This document shows positions 57,197 through 64,000 of a stretch of DNA of 64,000 bases, piece by piece. Within the stretch, counting starts at the first letter, position 1. Every line of letters begins with the position of its first letter. The notes below the pieces were generated by a model. The model did not search any database, was not told the DNA's origin, and was given only the letters and a program-made list of their open reading frames with translations. The stretch comes from Lineus longissimus. Its lineage: Eukaryota. The translations under genes were made by a program, and so were the position numbers. The stretch covers positions 2,666,001 through 2,730,000 of the forward strand of contig NC_088308.1 of NCBI RefSeq assembly GCF_910592395.1. The letters run 5' to 3'.

Positions 57197-58559
57197 CTAT
57201 CCCCAGGCTTGTGTTTTACAGTAATGTAATATCAACTTCCCATCACTTCCAAAACACTGAAAGAGAAAACATATGACATAAACCTTCAACCTTAAGAGCT
57301 GTGACAGCTCTTGATCGGGTTTACAGTAGCATTATCATTATAAATACCTGCTACATATTATTTCCAACTTTGAAAGTCATGACACCGACAGTTCACGATT
57401 GAGTTTACAATAGGAATCCCATCAGAAAACACCTGGTAAACAGTCTAACACAAAAGGTATTTATTTCCAACCTCTTTCTAAGAAATCAAATTAGAAAACT
57501 TAATTTGTGCCGCAGACAAAGCAAACCAAAACAAGATTGGGACAGTTTCCTCAAAGACAAACTGAAAGACCATCAGTATGAAATACTCACATCATAAACA
57601 GCTCCAATCTCTGTGTCTGGTGAAGGACAAAATGACTGGTTCACATAAAGGAACTGAAAAGGAATTTGAAATATGTTTTTTTAAACACTACATAAGAATT
57701 TATTTGGTGAATACACATTGCCTTCTTTTGTTCAGCATGCTGGGCAGCTGACCTGTACTTCATGACATCCCACTCCTCTCAGCAAAATCCCTTGCTACCA
57801 AGGGGGTGCTGTAGTTAAGATTGCACAATAACACCCTTTTGGGAGACAGACATTTTTTTACCTGGTCATTTATTTTATCCCTTAACAGGTCAAATGAATA
57901 GACTTCTCATTGGCTAGTAATGTATGCAATGTTTTTACCATTAGAGCACTCACCCATAATTTATTGAGGCAGTGTTTCCTGTGAATGCTCAAGGTCTCCA
58001 CCTAAATCCCCAAAACATCAAATGGGGAACGCTTGAACTTACCACTGAATCAGGTGCCTCACACTTGATATATTTTTTTATAAACTCGATAATCCAACAA
58101 ACTTTTTTCGTAGGGTCAACAGCCCATTTCTTCTTTTTCATAATCGGAGCATCTCCAGTAGCTTTCAGTAAGACGTCAACTGGAAGAATACAATGTCTAA
58201 ATGAGTCCAGAAATTTACCTAGATAACAGATTTTACTGCTGTTGTCCCCCCCCCCTGTAATTTATTGTGCCGGCATTTGTGGAGGAAAAACTGTGCTGTG
58301 GATTGTATGTGCGAAAATATTTCTAAGTTTTGTTCGGAATTTACGTAGAAATCGAGGTGGGTGCACTTCTGTGGAATAACCGAGTGATGACTCTGATCTG
58401 ACTAGCAGCCAATATGTTGGGCTTACTTTTTGCCTTAGTTTGTCCTACAGCAGAAGGACTTGATGTTGCACTGCCAGTGCCTGTGCCACTGTGACTGCTG
58501 GGTGGCTCATTTTGACCCTCTGTATTTTCATGATCATCCAGTTCTCCCGTGTCAGCCAT
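57197..58559 (-). CDS. ATG12: Ubiquitin-like autophagy protein ATG12, 130 aa
   Basis: Exons 58559-58427, 58179-58043, 57653-57591, 57256-57197 encode [23 protein letters not shown]...[13 protein letters not shown]...[19 protein letters not shown], ending in the conjugating C-terminal Gly. Confidence 0.97.
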
Positions 58560-58701
58560 GGTTATAAATGGTCTTCAATACTATAGACACATTAATACAA
58601 CATATGGTCACCGATCGGATGGATTATCTGCGAACAATCAGTGAAAAAAGGAGATGACAAAAGTCTATTAAAATGAGGAAATAGGAATCACTTTCTCTGA
58701 G

Positions 58702-58715
58702 TACGCATGCGCATA
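58702..58715. promoter_or_regulatory. NRF1-like motif in ATG12 promoter
   Basis: TACGCATGCGCATA resembles the GCGCATGCGC consensus and lies ~150 bp upstream of the ATG12 start. Confidence 0.5.
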
Positions 58716-58973
58716 CTTCTATTTTTAGAATCGGGAATTCCGTAATGTTTCGCGCGCTTTTTAGTTTTACTGGCATTCGCGATCGGGTGAGGCTAGATCA
58801 AGAGTGTTTCAAGGAGGTGTCGACAGTGAAAGATTTATTTATTGCCTGTACAAATAAAATTACTAGTGGGTTTTGTATGCAAGCTACTCGATTGATGCAT
58901 TTTATTAATACTTGGTATTACTTTTATGTACACATTTATTAGTAGTTTTATCAAATTTTTACCCTGTCAATTT

Positions 58974-59125
58974 GTAGTATACAGGCCTCCTCTCCTGACT
59001 TAGCTGATAGCATAGTTGTAGAACTATACATCAATCAACCCCACAGAGTTCATAAACTACATGTATGTAGCAGTTCAACTATCAAGGCCTTACTGTTGAT
59101 GTCACCTTGGTGCCCTGTATACTAC
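58974..59125. repeat. 152-bp segment bounded by a perfect 12-bp inverted repeat (possible small MITE)
   Basis: GTAGTATACAGG (58974-58985) / CCTGTATACTAC (59114-59125). Confidence 0.5.
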
Positions 59126-59199
59126 CATGTTCATGTACTTAAAATATTTTTAGGCATGTGTTTATTTGTATTTCATAACTCGGGTATCATATTATATAT

Positions 59200-62100
59200 G
59201 TGAGTGTTTTTATTCAAGCCCTCGGGCGGTGTGTTTAGAAAAACAACAGCACAAAATTGGTGCTCAAGCCCTCAGGCGGTGTGGTTTTCTTTTAAAAATT
59301 TTAATTGGTATTTTAAGTAGTGCTTCTTGTGTTTATATTCGGATACTTTGAAATACATGTAACTTATGGTTTTAAACCAGAAATCGATCTCTAAAGTCTC
59401 TACTAAACGGGGTCTTTCCATTGGATGCTGGAATGTCAATGGCCTACAATCTAAGAATTATGATAAATTGAAGGACCCCTCATTCTTAAAAACCTTTACT
59501 AGCGTTGACATCTGTGGTCTTCTCGAGACTCACACAAACTCTGAATCAGCTGTTGACTTGCCTGGCTATATTCACCAGCATGTCTTTAGGAAAAGGGCTG
59601 CAAAAGCCACCAGAGATCATGGTGGAATAATTGTTTATGTTAGGAATGGATGTCAAAACGGTGTCACCTTTTTGAAAAACACGAATCCAAACTTTCAATG
59701 GGTCCTCCTTGACAAAAGGTTTTTCAATTTGGGAGAGGACACTTTTGTCTGCTTCATTCATAACCCTCCTGCATCAACTTCATACTCACTTGGGTTAAAT
59801 TACGATATATTACAGCTCATTCAAAACGATTGCTGTAGTTTTTCCAAAAGAGGACACATTCTGTTGAAAGGTGATATCAATGCACGAACAAATATTGAAC
59901 TTGATTTTATATTGGATGATGATCTGGCTCATGTCCCAGTTGATGATCTAAATTATGTGGCTGACAATGCTGATTTACCAAAACGGTGGTCAGAGGACTT
60001 ACACAAGTCCTGTAGTAGGGGTAAACTTCTATTGGACTTCTGTATTTCCTCGCAACTTAGGATTCTTAATGGCCGAACTCTTGGAGACTATCAGGGTAAA
60101 TTCACCTATCATGGCCCCTTGGGCAGTAGTGTTATTGATTATGCCATTTGTTCTGAGGAGTTGCTGCAGTCTGTTCTATATTTTTCAGTAATGGACTTTT
60201 CAAGTGTCAATTCTGATCATTGTATGATTGTTTCAAGAATCGTTGCTAACTGGTCAGTGGAGCTCCCTGTAGACTCTGTGAAAACTTATAAATCTGCAAA
60301 ACCCGGGTTCAAGTTTAGTAATGCTTGTATTGCAAATTACGCATCGCATTTCAATCACCCCTTAATAAAAGACAAAATTCAAAACTTTTTGAGCTCTGAT
60401 CAGAGTTCTGATTGCTCTGCTGACCAGGTGGAGTCCCTCGCTTCGCAAACTAGTGATATCTTGAAAAAAACAGCCGACCTGTGTTTGAAAAGGAAAGGGT
60501 CTTCATCTGGTAAAAAGCAAGGTAAATCTTGGTACAATGCTTCTTTAATGGTGCAGAGGGAACGTATTGACGAGCTAAGCTCCGCGTTTGCCCTCTCTCC
60601 AAAAAACCATAGGTTGCGCTGCTTATTGTTTAAATCTATGAGAGACTACAAAACAGCTATCAAAAAACAAAAACGGTCTCACTACAATAAACTTATGTCG
60701 CAACTTGATAACCTATTTGAAAATAACCCTTCTCAGTATTGGGGTCTTCTTAATAAACTGAAGGGCGAAAGTGAGAATGGCGGGGAAGGCAAAAATAAAA
60801 TGTCAAAAATTCCTCTAAATGAATGGGAAGATTATCTCCGTAAATTGAATGAAGTACCAGCTGACCTTATTAATCTAAATAAGTCCTTAGCTGACAAACT
60901 ATCACTTCTCAAGTCGAATCCTGATACTGGAAGTGATATTCTGGACAAGGAAATCGGCACTGATGAAATTCTGTCCTGCCTAAAGTCTCTCAAAAACAAT
61001 AAAGCTCACGGTCTGGACTGTATCTCCAACGAAATGCTAAAGCATAGCGCGACAAACATGTTACCTTGCTATCAGAAAATCTTTAACTTAGTTTTCTCTA
61101 GCTCTCACTACCCAAAACAATGGGGTGAAGGATATATTACTGCAATTCATAAGAGTGGAAGTGTAGTAGACCCCTCTAATTTTAGAGGGATTACTGTTAT
61201 GAATACCTTAGGAAAAATGTATAACACCATATTAAATAATAGGCTAACAGAATTCTTGTCTGTAAATAGAATTATAAACCCAGCTCAAATTGGCTTCTCC
61301 AAGAAGTCGCGTACTTCTGACCATATGTTTGTGTTAAAAACCCTGATTGAGAAGTATACTAATTCTAACAAGGGTAAACTATACACCTGTTTCGTCGATT
61401 TTAAACAAGCTTTTGACTCTGTTCTCCATCCGGCACTTTTCTTAAAACTAAAGCAAAGTGGGGTAAATGGTAAATTTTATGATAGCATAAAATCAATGTA
61501 TAAAAAAGTCAATCTGTGTGCCAAATCCTCAAACAAGTTATCTAACTCTTTCCCTTCTGCTATAGGGGTACACCAAGGAGATGTCCTTAGTCCAAATCTT
61601 TTTAAGATTTTCATAAATGACCTAGAAAGTCTACTTGATGACTCTAGTGATCCTGTCTCCTTAAAAGATCTCAAGCTGCACTGCCTTATGTATGCTGACG
61701 ATATTGTTATACTCTCAGAAACTGCCAGCGGTCTCCAAAAAGCTTTGAATGGCTTGAATAATTTCTGCTCCTCTTGGGGTATGACTATAAATGTTAAGAA
61801 GACAAAAGTTCTCATATTTAATAAGGCAGGAAGAATTGATAAATCTGTCTTCATGATTGGTCAACACCAGCTGGAAAATGTTGGTAAATACAAATATCTT
61901 GGTATTACTTTTCAAGCCTCCGGCGTTTTTGCTGAGGCAAAGCGTGATCTTCATAACAAAGCCCTTAAAGCTTTTTTTAAATTAAGGCGTATCTTTAGCT
62001 CTCAGCTTCCAAATGTCTCAACCTTACTCCATATATTTGACCACACTATACAGCCAATACTTTTATATGGCAGTGATATTTGGGGATGTTTTAACCCTAT

Positions 62101-63166
62101 GTCCTCAAAAGTTAAAAGAGAGAGAGAATTTAAGATTGATAAGGGATTCGAAAATCTCCCCTGTGAGAACCTTCACATGAAGTTCTGTAAATATGTACTG
62201 GGTGTTAACACAAATGCCACAAATCTGGCCGTGTATGGCGAGTTGGGCAGACATCCACTGTATTTAATGATAGCCAAATCTATGTTCTCTTTCTGGCTAA
62301 GGCTTGAATCCTTGTCTCTCAACACAGTGGATGGGGAAATTAGTTCGAAGTCTATTTTAACCAGTGCCTTACAAGTTAGTAAGGATCTAGACAACAAAGG
62401 AAAACAGTCTTGGTTTTCTTGTATAAAATTTATTTGTGGTTGTCTGAATCTGGATGCAAACAATGCTGAAAGTGTTTCAACCTCCAGTCTTGTTCATAAA
62501 TTAGGTGAAGAATTTTACAGAAAGTGGAAGCTAGAAATTTGGGATGATTCTCGGAATCCAAATGCTAAAAACAAATTACGCACTTATAGGTCCTTCAAAA
62601 CGCAACTCTGCTGTGAGAAATATCTGACTTCAATTTCAAGTTTTTCTTTAAGAAGATCCCTTTGTTGTTTCCGCATTAGCTGTCACGATCTAGCCATTGA
62701 AAGAGGTAGATACAAAAAACTTAAAGTTGAAGAGAGGGTGTGTTCTTGTGATGGGACTTCAATAGAAGACGAGGTTCACTTTCTAACTGCCTGCCCAAAA
62801 TATGATAAGGAACGATTTTTTCTCAGTTATCAATGAGAACAACATCAACTTTTCAGGTCTCTCACCAGGAAATAAGTTTATCTGGCTTCTTTCAAATGAG
62901 GACCCTGGAATTTGTCAGAAGCTATCATCATTTTTACAGAAATGCTTTTCTGATCGCATAAAATAAGGACCTCCTCTCTCCCACCTACTAGTATCTACTC
63001 CAGGTTTGACCCCGGTAGTAGACTTTATATTGTTACTTTTGTCATGTATCCTTTGTATGTCTTATGTACTTTCAATCAAAATCATTGTATTTCTATTGTA
63101 CCATGTGTACCTTTGCCCTCCGGGCCTTTTGATTAATAAACTAATTTGAATTTGAATTTGAATTTG
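59200..63166 (+). mobile_element. Non-LTR retrotransposon (RTEX-like), near intact; 5' boundary approximate
   Basis: One long APE-RT ORF, a 3'UTR with AATAAA, and a (TTTGAA)n tail at ~63145-63166. The 5' region carries a duplicated caagccctc(g/a)ggcggtgtg motif. No ORF1 or TSD was identified. Confidence 0.88.
59366..62836 (+). CDS. LINE ORF2: apurinic endonuclease + reverse transcriptase + C-terminal Zn knuckle (1156 aa; C-terminus frameshifted)
   Basis: APE motifs WNVNG, LLETH, GDINA, IDY, SDH; RT motifs NFRGIT, FVDFKQAFDSV, GVHQGDVLSPNLF, YADD, YKYLG; RTEX-type YGELGRHPL, KLRTY, FRISCHDLAIERGRY..C..C...EDEVHFLTAC. Confidence 0.95.
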   Translation: MVLNQKSISKVSTKRGLSIGCWNVNGLQSKNYDKLKDPSFLKTFTSVDICGLLETHTNSESAVDLPGYIHQHVFRKRAAKATRDHGGIIVYVRNGCQNGVTFLKNTNPNFQWVLLDKRFFNLGEDTFVCFIHNPPASTSYSLGLNYDILQLIQNDCCSFSKRGHILLKGDINARTNIELDFILDDDLAHVPVDDLNYVADNADLPKRWSEDLHKSCSRGKLLLDFCISSQLRILNGRTLGDYQGKFTYHGPLGSSVIDYAICSEELLQSVLYFSVMDFSSVNSDHCMIVSRIVANWSVELPVDSVKTYKSAKPGFKFSNACIANYASHFNHPLIKDKIQNFLSSDQSSDCSADQVESLASQTSDILKKTADLCLKRKGSSSGKKQGKSWYNASLMVQRERIDELSSAFALSPKNHRLRCLLFKSMRDYKTAIKKQKRSHYNKLMSQLDNLFENNPSQYWGLLNKLKGESENGGEGKNKMSKIPLNEWEDYLRKLNEVPADLINLNKSLADKLSLLKSNPDTGSDILDKEIGTDEILSCLKSLKNNKAHGLDCISNEMLKHSATNMLPCYQKIFNLVFSSSHYPKQWGEGYITAIHKSGSVVDPSNFRGITVMNTLGKMYNTILNNRLTEFLSVNRIINPAQIGFSKKSRTSDHMFVLKTLIEKYTNSNKGKLYTCFVDFKQAFDSVLHPALFLKLKQSGVNGKFYDSIKSMYKKVNLCAKSSNKLSNSFPSAIGVHQGDVLSPNLFKIFINDLESLLDDSSDPVSLKDLKLHCLMYADDIVILSETASGLQKALNGLNNFCSSWGMTINVKKTKVLIFNKAGRIDKSVFMIGQHQLENVGKYKYLGITFQASGVFAEAKRDLHNKALKAFFKLRRIFSSQLPNVSTLLHIFDHTIQPILLYGSDIWGCFNPMSSKVKREREFKIDKGFENLPCENLHMKFCKYVLGVNTNATNLAVYGELGRHPLYLMIAKSMFSFWLRLESLSLNTVDGEISSKSILTSALQVSKDLDNKGKQSWFSCIKFICGCLNLDANNAESVSTSSLVHKLGEEFYRKWKLEIWDDSRNPNAKNKLRTYRSFKTQLCCEKYLTSISSFSLRRSLCCFRISCHDLAIERGRYKKLKVEERVCSCDGTSIEDEVHFLTACPKYDKERFFLSYQ

Positions 63167-63651
63167 TCGTGCTGAAATCAGCGCCTCTAGTGTCAAGATT
63201 GGTATCGGTTGCGTGTCTCCAAATAGCTTCGGGAACACCTCACCTTACCTCTGACCGGACAGTGTGATGTATGATTAGACCTAATCCGGTTTACCGTCCA
63301 CCTCCCGCATGTTAAATTTTTTTCATTATTTAAAAAAGCTATTTATTTTACTGTTGCCATTATTTTTTTATTCAAACAATCTTTCCAGTGGTTCAACAAT
63401 CAACTTTACCTAAACTGATTGAAAAACACATGTCGGTATCCCTCTTCTGAAGACGGATTGTCGCACACGCCGCCCAATGACAGGGATGTTTCCAATGTAT
63501 AGAGGCCCCATAGCCAGGCCTAGGCCTATACATACGCAGAGGTCACCAGGTCGTCACACTCAACTCAGACAACTGTTACTTCTGACGCCCTTTTTCAATT
63601 GATACTCTGAAGGAGGCAATATGTAGCAAACTAGGCTTATGCGCATGTTTT

Positions 63652-63695
63652 GTGACTGACTCAAAGTGACTGACTCAAGCAAAGTGACTGACTCG
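63652..63695. repeat. Triple GTGACTGACTC repeat containing AP-1-like TGACTCA sites
   Basis: gtgactgactcaaagtgactgactcaagcaaagtgactgactcg, next to an NRF1-like atgcgcatg at ~63639. Confidence 0.7.
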
Positions 63696-64000
63696 AAATT
63701 CAAAAAAGGGGAAACGCCCTAAAGCCCGCAAATGCCTTACTAGTTATCAGTAACCATATTAACAATCTTCCGAGGATTCCGGTAACTTCGATTTGAAATC
63801 CCACTTGTTTGAAATAAATAATGGTTGTCAGGATTTTTCGTCCGCTGCCAATAGTACTCGTGCATCTTATTATCATATTGTTATGTGGATGTTGTTGCTG
63901 TGTCACACATTGTTTACCAGAAGTTCAAAACGCACGTGTAATTTCGAGGAAACAGGCCTGGAAATCAGGTTGAGCGCCGTCTACCAGAAAAGAAAAAAAC

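Noticed and set aside
58745..58786. AP3S1 as the divergent partner of ATG12, as in vertebrates
   Set aside because: MFRALFSFTGIRDR does not match the highly conserved AP3S1 start (MIKAILIFNNHGKPRL).
58969..58978. Possible LINE TSD aatttgtagt versus aatttgtcgt at 63161
   Set aside because: Mostly overlaps the TTTGAA tail, has a mismatch, and is AT-rich enough to be chance.
58981..59010. HDV-like ribozyme at the LINE 5' end (gcctcctctcct resembles P3/L3)
   Set aside because: The P3 partner reads gac rather than ggc, no P1/P1.1 GG or P2 pairing could be built, and the segment lies within a separate inverted-repeat element.

Overview
Eukaryotic, intron-rich, gene-dense DNA from an invertebrate animal. 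The repeat types suggest a marine spiralian/lophotrochozoan, but the species cannot be identified from sequence alone. I assembled spliced gene models by hand and checked GT-AG sites and reading-frame phase. In order: the 3' part of an SRSF2/SC35-like SR protein (+), a TEDC2-like gene (-), an intronless 861-aa DUF229/alkaline-phosphatase-superfamily type II membrane protein (-), a SAFB/SLTM-like gene (+), tektin-4 (-) head-to-head with FoxK (+), CFAP52/WDR16 (+), ATG12 (-), and a nearly intact APE+RT non-LTR retrotransposon (RTEX-like). Repeats include a TTAA piggyBac-type MITE, three Tc1/mariner (pogo-like) MITEs, a Helentron-associated element with a 302-bp tandem array, a foldback element, CR1 and RTE 3' fragments, and minisatellites. 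The most interesting signals are: (1) a strong excess of TA-CATG-TA and TA-GGCC-TA palindromes that look like transposon excision footprints, one of them visibly inserted into a MITE; (2) the intronless DUF229 enzyme gene, which may share a first exon and promoter with TEDC2; (3) a candidate SRSF2 autoregulatory 3'UTR intron with an SSNG-rich exon; (4) a 6-nt microexon with a UGC motif in SAFB; (5) a mobile tandem array carrying a CTCF-like motif in every unit. I recognised no tRNA, rRNA or CRISPR features. Gene names come from recalled homolog motifs, not database searches.
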